Origin: Aulosira sp. ZfuVER01
GTDB taxonomy: Bacteria > Cyanobacteriota > Cyanobacteriia > Cyanobacteriales > Nostocaceae
Reading direction: 5' to 3'
DNA: 64,000 bases
NCBI GenBank assembly: GCA_034530615.2
Contig: JAVRCV020000083.1
Span: 55,978-119,977 of the forward strand
Under the pieces are notes generated by a model. It searched no databases. It was given only the letters and a program-made list of their open reading frames with translations, and had not been told where the DNA came from. Shown here piece by piece: positions 19,130 to 28,924 of this stretch. Made by a program: the position numbers and the translations under genes. Position 1 is the stretch's first letter. Each line of letters opens with the position of its first letter.

Positions 19130-19785
19130 CAGACTATGAGGTTATCTTGAGAAATAATTGCATGAAACAAAATAATTTATAGGTCACTCAACCCTTGCTT
19201 AACTCAGTAGAAATTCAATCATAGTTTGATGCAATTTTAATCTAACAGTAAGTTTACTGCCTCAATATATCTACTGAAATAATTTTAATTTCAAAATGTT
19301 ATGTACGTATAGTTTCTGAGGATTTTAGCAAATATTAAATTGTGAAATTATCCTAATTTTCAATCTAAACAAAAGAAGTATTTATAATTCCAGCAATTCT
19401 GTTTTAAGCTGTACATTAATTGCCTTAAGCTAGAAGCTGCTGGCTCTAAATACAAAGCCTGACTAACCTGGCTAATTATACGTATCTTTATATCAAAATT
19501 GATGTTAAATAATATTAGTCATTTAAAGCTTAATCATCTTCATCTCTATCAAATAAATATATGTTAATGTACTTTAACATAATGTTGCATTTTGATAATA
19601 CCTGTAACATTCATCAGCAACTGATTTTGTATATTGGTTTTATTTAAGATAAATTAGAAATTGTTGACTTAATTAAGTATATTTAATTACAATTAATAGT
19701 AAAGTGTAGCCTATAATAAGGTTCACCAAAAGAAAACTCTTGGCAAATAATATCAAGTAATCCACAAAGAATTGGGATAGAACTT

Positions 19786-20145
19786 ATGAACGCTAGAATT
19801 GTTGCTCTGTTAGCAATTATGGCAGCTTTTGCAAGCTTAGTAAGCCCGGTTCAAGCACAGTCATCAGAAGCATCAAACCAAAATCCACAACAATATTCCC
19901 TATCTGGTGATTCTTTAACCGGAATTAATAATCGAAATTCTCAGCAAGACTTTAATAGCTTTTTTGAGCAAAAGAACCCCGTAATTGTTCCTAACGTAAA
20001 TAAAGTAAACACTAACATTTCCAAAGATTTGCAGATGCAAGAATCTTTATCAGCACCTAACAGTTCTGTTTACTTTGTACCTGTTCAGTCTTTTAATGGT
20101 AATGACGGAACCCAAGTGCAATTTGATTTGGGTAATAGTCAATAG
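19786..20145 (+). CDS. Hypothetical secreted protein
   Basis: Signal peptide ending VQA; polar, low-complexity mature region. Confidence 0.7.
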   Translation: MNARIVALLAIMAAFASLVSPVQAQSSEASNQNPQQYSLSGDSLTGINNRNSQQDFNSFFEQKNPVIVPNVNKVNTNISKDLQMQESLSAPNSSVYFVPVQSFNGNDGTQVQFDLGNSQ

Positions 20146-20225
20146 GTCATTGGGCAAGAAGGTAATAGGAGGCAAGGGCTAAGAGTGAATACTCATTTAT
20201 CATTTCTTCCTCTGCTTCCTTGTCC

Positions 20226-21416
20226 CTATGTCAAGCAAAATCTTTGAACAGCCTCAACTAATTGGTCAATTTCCGATTCTAAAGTAAAGTAATGGACGCA
20301 GGCGCGGACACAATCGGGATCGCGAATTTGCCGAATGAATAATCTTTCTGACTCTAAAAATTGCACTAATTTCAAAGTAGTTTGAGGTTGTTGGTTAGTC
20401 AGTTGAAACGAGACTAAACCACTTTCGGGGGGAGAAGTCCGCAAACATTGGATATTGGGTAAAGCCGTCAACTGTCGCCACAGGTATTCGCTGTGGCGAC
20501 AAATTTGCTGATAGCGTTCCTCTGGCGATCCCCATTGCTGATGAATAGCGAGCGCCTCTCTTAAACCAACATACAATGGATAATCTGATGTCCCGACTTC
20601 GTAGCGTTGTCCGTCTTGATTCCAATCTATAGGTTTGCCGCGATCGTCTAAGATTACACTACGCCAACCAACAAATGTCGGCTTCAAGCTAGCTTGTGCT
20701 TCTGGGCGCACATACAAACCACCCACACCCGCCGGGCCGCATAACCACTTATGACCGGTGAAAGCATAGAAATCTACTCCCAATGCAGTTAAATTTAAAG
20801 GCATTGCCCCAACAGATTGGGCAGCATCTACCAAAAGTAGAGAATTATTATTCCTACATACTTCCGTAATTTTGTCTAAAGGTAAAAGTTGACCTGTGTT
20901 CCAAAGGATGTGGCTTAAAGCTACTAAGCGAGTTTTGGGGCGTAAATTTTGAGCGATCGCTTCTACAGGATCGCCTACATTTAAAGTATCCATCAGGGGA
21001 CAAGTGCTAACTTCCACACCGAATCTGCGTCCAATTTCTTGGGCGATGGCGATGATCCCTTGATGTTCGCAATCAGAAAGCAGTATATGGTCGCCAGCTT
21101 GCCACTCAATACCCCACATGGCAATATTGCAACCAACAGTAACATTCTCTGTGAGGGCAATCGCAGTTAATGGTACATTCAACTCAGATGCGATCGCTTC
21201 TTTTGTCGCTTTAACATTTAATCCAATCCAACGACCAACCTCATTACCAAAAGGGCCGAGTTGTTGAATATGAGTTTGAGTTTCAGTGATGGCATCCATT
21301 GTCCCTTGAGCCATCGGGCCTTGACCCCCATAATTAAAATATGCTTTATTCGCTAAAGCTGGAAACTGCTCTCGATAGCTATGCAAACTCTTTTGTGTGG
21401 TAGAAAGACTGGTCAT
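20226..21416 (-). CDS. Class V PLP-dependent aminotransferase (cystine/cysteine C-S lyase type)
   Basis: YFNYGGQGP, SHILWNTG, VDAAQSVG, FTGHKWLCGP (PLP Lys), RACVHYF. Confidence 0.9.
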   Translation of the reverse strand: MTSLSTTQKSLHSYREQFPALANKAYFNYGGQGPMAQGTMDAITETQTHIQQLGPFGNEVGRWIGLNVKATKEAIASELNVPLTAIALTENVTVGCNIAMWGIEWQAGDHILLSDCEHQGIIAIAQEIGRRFGVEVSTCPLMDTLNVGDPVEAIAQNLRPKTRLVALSHILWNTGQLLPLDKITEVCRNNNSLLLVDAAQSVGAMPLNLTALGVDFYAFTGHKWLCGPAGVGGLYVRPEAQASLKPTFVGWRSVILDDRGKPIDWNQDGQRYEVGTSDYPLYVGLREALAIHQQWGSPEERYQQICRHSEYLWRQLTALPNIQCLRTSPPESGLVSFQLTNQQPQTTLKLVQFLESERLFIRQIRDPDCVRACVHYFTLESEIDQLVEAVQRFCLT

Positions 21417-21564
21417 ACTAATTTTGGATTAAACTGGCAAAAATAGTGCTTTATACTTTGAAATTAAAGATTCTGAATTATTGTGCATCATTGCACGCAA
21501 TCCCAAGGCATTATAGTGATTTGGCTTACTCCCAAAAAGTACTAATTCTTGCTAGCTTAAAGGA

Positions 21565-23073
21565 ATGTTAATTAATGCCGATCTGTTACTGCAATATCAA
21601 CGCTGTAAGCGCCGACCTTTTTTAGATAGTCACGGTGATAAAAACCAGCGAGATACTCCCAATGAGTTGCTGCTAAAACTACAACAGGACAAAATCGCTT
21701 ATCAAAAGAGTATTTTGGCTAATTTGTCTTACCATTACCCTGATTATCCCAAAAGAGACTGGGAAGCCGGACAAGCAGCAACTTTAGAATTGATGCAGCG
21801 TGGGGTTGAGTACATTCGTCATGGAATATTGTTAGTTAGTTATGACGATTGGGTAAACATAGAAGGTGAAAATTTCTCTACCTCCCCACATTATCAAAAA
21901 TATACCCTACTCAGCCGTCCAGATTTACTTGTGAAGCAGCCAGGACAATCTCGTTTTGGAGATTGGATATATGTACCGGCAAATCTGGAAATGGGTAAGC
22001 GTCCCAAGCAGGAGTATCAAGTTGGAGTTGCATATCATGCGCAAGCCTTGGCGATTGCGCAGGAAGCCGCACCTCCAACAGGTTTGCTGAAATTGCGTAC
22101 CAGAGAAAGCACTTATGCAGTGGATTTACTGAAATGGACGCCACAAATGCAGCTGATTTTGGCGGAGTTAATTCAAGCTTTAGAGTCACCTGATGGTGCA
22201 GAAGTATTTATTTCTCGACAAAAATGCAATCTTTGCCACTGGTATAGTCAATGTTATGCGATCGCTCAATCAGAAAAACACCTTTCTCTTTTACCAGGCG
22301 TCACACCAGTTCGCTACACTCAACTCCAAGCACTGTCTCTGACTACACTAGAATCTGTTGCTAGTACCAGCCCCACCATACTGGAAAATCTCCCAGGTTT
22401 CGACAATGAAGTAGCACACAAATTAGTCATACAAGCTCAATCTGTACTACAAAGTCGTCCGTTTATCTTACCCTATCCCCCACCAATAGAAACTATTACC
22501 TTCACGGCTCCCATCGAGATTTATTTTGATATCGAAGCACAGCCAGACTTAAATTTAAATTATCTATTAGGGGTTTTAGTAGTCAACAGACAAACCAACA
22601 CAGAACAATTTTATTCCCTACTAGCCGAAAGACCAGAAGACGAAGAATTAGTTTGGCGACAATTTCTCGATTTAGTCTGGCAATATCCCGAAGCGCCAAT
22701 TTATCATTTTTGTGCCTACGAATTTGATACAGTCAAACGTTTGGCAAAGCTGTACCAAACTCCGTATTCTTCAGTCCGCCCTGTGCTAAATCGATTTATC
22801 GATGTGTATGAACAATTAACCCAAAGCGTCGCATTACCCATAGAAAGCTATGCCCTGAAAGCCATTGCTCGTTGGTTAGGATTTGAATGGCGCGACAAAG
22901 AAGCTAGCGGAGCTAAATGTATTTACTGGTATGACTTGTGGCTAGAAACAGGCGATCGCACTTTATTGGAGATAATTCAACGCTACAACGAAGACGACTG
23001 CCGTGCCACCCGCAATGTCAAAGACTGGCTCGTACAATTTTTTCAGGAAGAATATTATTTGCGGCCTGCTTAA
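21565..23073 (+). CDS. TM0106 family RecB-like putative nuclease with C-terminal RNase H-like domain
   Basis: YQRCKRR, RPDLLVK, CNLCHWYSQC, YFDIEA, YALKAIA, YNEDDCRAT. Confidence 0.88.
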   Translation: MLINADLLLQYQRCKRRPFLDSHGDKNQRDTPNELLLKLQQDKIAYQKSILANLSYHYPDYPKRDWEAGQAATLELMQRGVEYIRHGILLVSYDDWVNIEGENFSTSPHYQKYTLLSRPDLLVKQPGQSRFGDWIYVPANLEMGKRPKQEYQVGVAYHAQALAIAQEAAPPTGLLKLRTRESTYAVDLLKWTPQMQLILAELIQALESPDGAEVFISRQKCNLCHWYSQCYAIAQSEKHLSLLPGVTPVRYTQLQALSLTTLESVASTSPTILENLPGFDNEVAHKLVIQAQSVLQSRPFILPYPPPIETITFTAPIEIYFDIEAQPDLNLNYLLGVLVVNRQTNTEQFYSLLAERPEDEELVWRQFLDLVWQYPEAPIYHFCAYEFDTVKRLAKLYQTPYSSVRPVLNRFIDVYEQLTQSVALPIESYALKAIARWLGFEWRDKEASGAKCIYWYDLWLETGDRTLLEIIQRYNEDDCRATRNVKDWLVQFFQEEYYLRPA

Positions 23074-23239
23074 CAAGACTCAATAGTCTATAGTCTACAG
23101 TCCCAAGAATGATTCGCGATCCTCATCGCAGAGGATATATAGCGATCCTAGTTCCTTACTCAGCACTCATCACTTTTAACTCAGCACTGTTTGGGTGATA
23201 TTGTGTTTGGTGACTTTGACAATTTAGCGATCGCTATCC

Positions 23240-24424
23240 ATGCAGCTCATCAAAAAACTCTTGACTTGGCCAAGAATTATTTATCTTATTATTCCCATAC
23301 TAATTATCAGCTTTTTATGGAGCAACTTTGTATCGGGCGCTGTAACAGTTAGTGGTATAAAGTTTATCGGACAAGCTACTCTTCCCAAAGGATTAACCTT
23401 CCAAAAAACGCCTGTGGGAGGTTTATCGGGAATTACCTATGACGCCAAAAATGGCCTTTATTATGCCATTTCTGATGACCGCAGCGAAAAAGCTCCTGCC
23501 CGTTTCTACACTCTCAAAATTGATCTGAGTAAAGGTTCGCTGAAAAATGGTGGTGTTGTCCCTGTTGGTGTAACCACGCTGTTAAATGAAAATGGGGAAA
23601 AGTTTGCTCCCAGTAGCAGCGATACAGAAGGGATTGCTTTAACTAGCAACAAAACTGTCTTTGTTTCTTCTGAAGGTGATGTTAGGCAATTAATTAATCC
23701 TTTTATTCAAGAATTCTCCCTCTCTACTGGTAAGGTAATCACAACACTACCCATACCAGAAAAATTTTTGCCCGATAAAAATGGTCAGCATGGTATCCGC
23801 AACAATTTGGCTTTTGAAAGCCTTACCATCACACCTAACGAAAAGAAACTTTTTACAGCTACCGAAAATGCTTTAATTCAAGATGGTACAGAAGCTCAAC
23901 CCAATACCAGCACTCCCTGCCGGATTCTACAATATAACTTGCTGAACAAGCAGCCAGAAAAAGAATTTCTCTATCAAACTGAACCAATATCACCCTTTTT
24001 AAATTTTACTGGCAAATTTGCTAGTGGTTTACCTGATTTAGTTGCCCTCGATAATCACGGAAGTTTCCTAACTTTAGAAAGGTCTTTTACAGGTTTGGGC
24101 TTTGCTATTTTCCTGTTCCAAGTTTCTTTAGAGGGTGCTGATGATATTCATCATATTGATAGCCTTTTAAGTATTAACTCCCAAAAAATTAAACCTGTTC
24201 AGAAAAAGCTACTGTTAGATTTGAGAACTCTAGAGGTATTGCTAGATAACATTGAAGGCTTAACCCTTGGCCCTATATTACCTGATGGTCAACGCTCATT
24301 AATCTTAGTCAGCGACAACAATTTTAATTCTTTGCAACGTACACAAATACTAGCCTTTAAGCTAAAAATCGAGTCACCTTTTATCAGGCTCTTGCGTCGT
24401 TTCATCCCAAATCTTAATCGCTAA
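23240..24424 (+). CDS. Esterase-like activity of phytase family protein (exported beta-propeller)
   Basis: N-terminal hydrophobic segment; GGLSGITYD, ISDDRS, DTEGI, NLAFESLT, LER, DNIEGL, VSDNNF. Confidence 0.88.
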   Translation: MQLIKKLLTWPRIIYLIIPILIISFLWSNFVSGAVTVSGIKFIGQATLPKGLTFQKTPVGGLSGITYDAKNGLYYAISDDRSEKAPARFYTLKIDLSKGSLKNGGVVPVGVTTLLNENGEKFAPSSSDTEGIALTSNKTVFVSSEGDVRQLINPFIQEFSLSTGKVITTLPIPEKFLPDKNGQHGIRNNLAFESLTITPNEKKLFTATENALIQDGTEAQPNTSTPCRILQYNLLNKQPEKEFLYQTEPISPFLNFTGKFASGLPDLVALDNHGSFLTLERSFTGLGFAIFLFQVSLEGADDIHHIDSLLSINSQKIKPVQKKLLLDLRTLEVLLDNIEGLTLGPILPDGQRSLILVSDNNFNSLQRTQILAFKLKIESPFIRLLRRFIPNLNR

Positions 24425-24451
24425 CTTCTACAGGAATAATCTAGTAGGTTG

Positions 24452-24543
24452 TACCAATTTGAAAAAAGAATGTAACGTTAGGGGCGCAAGGCTTGGCGCC
24501 CTTAGAGATCATTGATGCGTTGCAAAGATTTTTTGAACTGGTA
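24452..24543. mobile_element. ~92-bp MITE-like element with TACCAATT-type ends enclosing a REP-like hairpin
   Basis: TACCAATTTGAAAAAA...TTTTTGAACTGGTA; internal TAGGGGCGC-aaggcttg-GCGCCCTTA. Confidence 0.55.
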
Positions 24544-24878
24544 TTATTTTGTATAATTAAAAGCCTAATACTATTCTAAAAATAAGTATTTTTGCTCTTA
24601 CAGTATATTTACTGAGAAAATCAGGCAAATGTATTATGTCGATTTGCGGATTCAGTGTAAATTCTCATACGGTTTGCGTAATAAATATGTTACACCATGT
24701 TTAAGAACTGTTGCAGATAACTTCCCCATAATTTTATTAAAAATTAAACAAGTTTTGTAGTAAATTTCACCTCAGATGATTAACTCTCTAAAATTATTAA
24801 TCTTGTTTATAGATAAAATAAATCTTTAAGGAGAGTTATTTTAATAACTTTCTGATTTTATTTTAAATAAATAATTTT

Positions 24879-26498
24879 ATGGTGCAGAATCCAATTCCGA
24901 ATCTAGTCAATTCCAAAACAGAATTAGATATTTATATTGGGAAAATCTTAAATAATCGTTATTTAATCCGAGATTTGATTGGCAAAGGCGGAATGGGTAG
25001 AGTTTACCTAGCAGAAGATGTTGCCAAAGGTGGAATGGCAGTTGCAGTCAAAATTCTCTCGCTGAGTCTGGGTAGTCAGCAAATGTCCCAACGCTTTGCT
25101 AGAGAAATTTTTATTGGCGCTCAATTAGGACGGAAAAGTAAAAATATTGTTCGGGTATTTAGTTATGGTGTAACTGAGGAAAATATTCCCTTTTATGTCA
25201 TGGAATATCTCCAAGGTAAAAATCTCAAACGTATTCTTAAAAATCAAACATTATCTCTGCCCAAACTTTTAGATATTTGCAATCAAATTTGTTTAGGCTT
25301 ACAGTGTGCCCATCAAGGTATCATCCTTAAAGGTGAGAATTTTCCTATTGTTCATAGAGATATTAAACCTGAAAATATTTTCCTCATAGAAGATATCAAA
25401 AAAGAGAATTTAGTCAAAATTCTAGATTTCGGCATTGCTAAATTTTTAACAGAGCGTAGTGGGATGACTCTCACTGATTCTTTTATAGGTAGTTTACCTT
25501 ACTGTTCTCCAGAACACATGGAAGGACGCAAACTCTTAGATGTGCGTTCTGACATCTATAGTTTAGGAATCCTGATGTTTGAAATGCTGGCTGGAAAACA
25601 TCCATTTCAAACTACAAGTAACTCGTTTGGTAGTTGGTATCAAGCTCATCACTTTCAAACTCCACCTACATTTGGGGAAGTCAATCAACAATTAGTCATA
25701 CCCCAAACATTGCAAAAATTGGTGATGAGTTGTTTAGCTAAAGAAGTAAGCGATCGCCCACAAAATATTCAAGAAATATTAGAAACTTTAGAACAGGTTA
25801 AATTGCAACTTGAGCGTAGTGCTGCTATTAGTATTAGCGAAGATTCTCAAGAGCCTACGCTACAAATAGTACCTGTAACATCATTATCAGAAAAAGAATG
25901 TTTACAGAAAACTTGGCCGAAGAATAGACCAATTGCGCCAATTGGTTTTCCTTATTTATTACATACATTCCAAGGAACAATCCCAACTTTTTGGGCTATG
26001 CTACCCAAAGCAGAAATTACCAAATTTTTAGATAAAAAGCATAGTACAGAATTTATTGCTAAAATGAATATTTATCCAATGGTGCTCTGGATAACAGCAT
26101 TATATAATTCCCAAATATCTCAAACAAAGTGGCTTTCTTGCTTCTTAGACATGAATGATAGCCGTGGGCAAAAAATCATGCGAAGTTTAGCAGAAGTTGG
26201 CTATTATCATTTGTTATTCTTTTCTATCGAAGAACCACATAATTGCACTCATGTAATGACATTGACTCTGACTGCTAGCCAGCGCCAGCAACTAACAGAT
26301 TGGTTAGCAATGAATCCTACTTCCCAGGAATTTATTTCTACCAAACAAGCAAAAATTATTTTGAAAGCAGAGTATGAAAGACTCAAAACAGGAATAGTAC
26401 GTAAATTAGTAGCTGCTCCAGAAAAAAAAGAAGTAGGTTTAAAAGCTTGGGCATTTAAAATATATTATTACTTTATCCAAGTTATTTTACGTCGTTGA
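24879..26498 (+). CDS. Hanks-type Ser/Thr protein kinase (SpkA-like, soluble)
   Basis: GKGGMGRV, VAVK, HRDIKPEN, DFG, YCSPE, DIYSLG; C-terminal domain starting WPKNRPIAPIGFP. Confidence 0.92.
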   Translation: MVQNPIPNLVNSKTELDIYIGKILNNRYLIRDLIGKGGMGRVYLAEDVAKGGMAVAVKILSLSLGSQQMSQRFAREIFIGAQLGRKSKNIVRVFSYGVTEENIPFYVMEYLQGKNLKRILKNQTLSLPKLLDICNQICLGLQCAHQGIILKGENFPIVHRDIKPENIFLIEDIKKENLVKILDFGIAKFLTERSGMTLTDSFIGSLPYCSPEHMEGRKLLDVRSDIYSLGILMFEMLAGKHPFQTTSNSFGSWYQAHHFQTPPTFGEVNQQLVIPQTLQKLVMSCLAKEVSDRPQNIQEILETLEQVKLQLERSAAISISEDSQEPTLQIVPVTSLSEKECLQKTWPKNRPIAPIGFPYLLHTFQGTIPTFWAMLPKAEITKFLDKKHSTEFIAKMNIYPMVLWITALYNSQISQTKWLSCFLDMNDSRGQKIMRSLAEVGYYHLLFFSIEEPHNCTHVMTLTLTASQRQQLTDWLAMNPTSQEFISTKQAKIILKAEYERLKTGIVRKLVAAPEKKEVGLKAWAFKIYYYFIQVILRR

Positions 26499-26601
26499 AA
26501 CTTGACCAGATATATTGAGAATATTTAATATTAATAAATTATCTTATTTTAAATATGTTAATCTTTAGATTGAAATTGGAGAGTATGAAGAGGTTGTAAA
26601 A

Positions 26602-28170
26602 GTGAACCAAAGCTCATTTGCATCTCCAAAAGGTACAGGTTTACTTGCCAATCGTTATAAATTGATAAAGGTAATTGGCAACGGAGGCATGGGCAAGGTT
26701 TTTTTAGCAAATGATATTTTGCTAGGAGGAATACCAGTTGCGATAAAATTCCTCACGCAAACTGTTGCCGATCCAAAGATGCAAAAAGATTTTGCTAGAG
26801 AAGCTCTAATGAGTGCAGCTTTGAGCCAAAAAACTATACATATAGTCAGGGCGTATGATTATGGTGTCAGTGAAAAAGGCAACCCGTTTTACGCCATGGA
26901 ATATTTATCTGGCAAGTGTTTAAAGGAATTAATTCCCGTAAATTTATCAATGTTTATGACTTTGACACGCCAGATTTGCTTGGGCTTACAATGTGCCCAT
27001 CAAGGCATAAACATGGACGGTAATATTTATCCGCTAGTTCATCGAGATATTAAACCAGCGAACATATTAGTTATTCCCGATCCCATATTAGGTCAGTTAG
27101 TAAAAATCCTAGATTTTGGGATTGCTAAATTTTTAAATTATGCAACAACCATCAGCACAAATAAAGGATTTCACGGCACATTACCCTACTGTTCGCCAGA
27201 ACAACTAGAGGGAGGAGAATTAGATAGCCGCTCCGACATTTATAGCCTAGGCGTGATGATGTTTGAAATGCTCACAGGTGAAAAACCTTGGCAACCAGAA
27301 ACCGATCATTTTGGTGCTTGGTATAAAGCACATCACTTTGAAACACCAAAAGCGATCGCACAGGTTAAACCTCATCTACAATTGCCACAAGAATTAAACG
27401 ATCTAATTATGGCTTGTTTGGAGAAGCAAGTCAGCGATCGCCCGCAAAATATGGCTCAACTGCTACAAGTTTTAGAAAATATCAATCGGTCTAATTATCT
27501 CAGCTTGCCTACAAATGAGAGGATAGGGGAAGTGAGCCGTAAAATCCAAGTAGAATCCGCCAATAAGAATTCCTCAAATCTTCCTCTCATCTCTGAGTTA
27601 CCTGTAACTGTAGAACAAACTTGCTGGAAACTTACCTGGCCGGAAAACAAACCAATTCAAGAAATTGTTTTTCCCCAGCTTTTAGATATCGAAGCAAAAC
27701 CTGTAGCATCAATATGGCTGATGTTGTCCAAACAAGAGATCAAACAACGTGCCATTTCTATCCGTTACAACGAGTTTCTCTTCATCACATCTCCTCACCC
27801 CATGCTGCTGTGGCTGACAGTCCTGTACAATCGCAAACTCGGCCCTAAGTGGCTACCCTGCTATCTCGATATGCAGAACCCGCAAAATCATCAGCTGGTG
27901 TCTTCCTTGGCAGAAAATGAACGCTACCCGCTAATTTTATTTACTCTCGAACCACCTCACTCCTGTGCCAGCGTTATCAGCAGTTACATCGAGCCTACGC
28001 AGCGGCAAATGTTGAAAAGTTGGGTAAAAAAGAGTCAAAGCCTACCACCCTCTTCTCAGTGCCAGTTGAGCAAAAACATCTTAAAGCAGCAGTATCGGCA
28101 AATGCAATCTCAAATACAGCAGCATCTGGCATCAATGCCGCAGCCTATAGCATCAGGCGCTTTGGGATGA
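26602..28170 (+). CDS. Hanks-type Ser/Thr protein kinase, tandem paralogue of the preceding gene
   Basis: GNGGMGKV, VAIK, HRDIKPAN, DFG, YCSPE; C-terminal domain WPENKPIQEIVFP; GTG start. Confidence 0.92.
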   Translation: MNQSSFASPKGTGLLANRYKLIKVIGNGGMGKVFLANDILLGGIPVAIKFLTQTVADPKMQKDFAREALMSAALSQKTIHIVRAYDYGVSEKGNPFYAMEYLSGKCLKELIPVNLSMFMTLTRQICLGLQCAHQGINMDGNIYPLVHRDIKPANILVIPDPILGQLVKILDFGIAKFLNYATTISTNKGFHGTLPYCSPEQLEGGELDSRSDIYSLGVMMFEMLTGEKPWQPETDHFGAWYKAHHFETPKAIAQVKPHLQLPQELNDLIMACLEKQVSDRPQNMAQLLQVLENINRSNYLSLPTNERIGEVSRKIQVESANKNSSNLPLISELPVTVEQTCWKLTWPENKPIQEIVFPQLLDIEAKPVASIWLMLSKQEIKQRAISIRYNEFLFITSPHPMLLWLTVLYNRKLGPKWLPCYLDMQNPQNHQLVSSLAENERYPLILFTLEPPHSCASVISSYIEPTQRQMLKSWVKKSQSLPPSSQCQLSKNILKQQYRQMQSQIQQHLASMPQPIASGALG

Positions 28171-28254
28171 CACGAAAGGGAGCAGGGGAGGATGAGGTAG
28201 ATGAGGGGGACAAGGGAGACCACGGAGACAAGGGGGAAAAGAAATTTTAGATTT

Positions 28255-28490
28255 TGCGAAAAGTTGCGTGCGGTGAGTCCAGTCCTGTTCGGCGAAGCCG
28301 TTCCCAAAGGGTAGGCGGGTTTCCCGCCGTAGGGAACTGGCGTTAGCGACGTTCGCGAAGCGTCTCCCCTTGGGAGAAGGAGCGCCACCCGAAGGGGGGT
28401 TCCCCCCGTTGAGCAACGCCAGTTGCTTTAAGTCGGGAAACCCGACGCCAGTTGCTACAACGGAGGGAACCTCCGCAACGCACTGGCTCA
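28255..28490. repeat. Large nested array of small GC-rich palindromic dispersed repeats
   Basis: Contains the 52-nt unit shared with 15756-15807, ACGCCAGTTGCT twice, and hairpins GGCGGG-tttc-CCGCC, TCGGG-aaa-CCCGA and CGGAGG-gaa-CCTCCG. Confidence 0.75.
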
Positions 28491-28503
28491 ACTTTTCAAG
28501 ACA

Positions 28504-28606
28504 GATTTTGGATTTTAGATTGAATCCAATCCAAAATCGCAAATCCAAAATCCAAAATTGTTTCCAATGCCCAATGACCAATGCTCAGTGCCCAATAACC
28601 AATGAC
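28504..28606. repeat. Short tandem heptamer repeats (STRR-type), partly inverted
   Basis: GATTTTG/CAAAATC units followed by CCAATGC/CCAATGA units. Confidence 0.75.
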
Positions 28607-28631
28607 TTCTAAATTTCTCTCTTCTAGATAC

Positions 28632-28660
28632 TTGACAAGTCGAAAAAAAATGCACATAAT
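28632..28660 (+). promoter_or_regulatory. Sigma70-type promoter of tRNA-Asp
   Basis: TTGACA (28632-37), 17-nt spacer, CATAAT (28655-60). Confidence 0.75.
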
Positions 28661-28678
28661 AACAAAGTTGCCAATTAA

Positions 28679-28752
28679 GGGACTGTAGTTCAATTGGTTA
28701 GAGCACCGCCCTGTCACGGCGGAAGTTGCGGGTTCGAGCCCCGTCAGTCCCG
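28679..28752 (+). tRNA. trnD: tRNA-Asp (GTC)
   Basis: Acceptor stem GGGACTG/CAGTCCC, D-arm, anticodon arm CCGCC-CTGTCAC-GGCGG, T-loop GTTCGAG; CCA not encoded. Confidence 0.97.
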
Positions 28753-28924
28753 TAGAAAATTGATGAGTTATGAGTGCCAAGTCCTGAGTAGATCGGGGTA
28801 AGAAAAGGGGATTTTCAATGTTTACTTGAAAATTTATTTCTACTATACCCATTGAGCGATCGCCTAAAACTCGGCATTCAAGGCTTGTTATATTAATCAT
28901 GCTTTGAGAAAGAGAGAAAGAACT

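Noticed and set aside
28020..28900. Several overlapping 76-142 aa ORFs in the track
   Set aside because: They run through GC-rich repeat stacks, STRRs and the antisense of tRNA-Asp; spurious
28679..28900. tRNA-Asp as an integration site for an island
   Set aside because: No integrase and no duplicated tRNA 3' end seen; gltX follows directly
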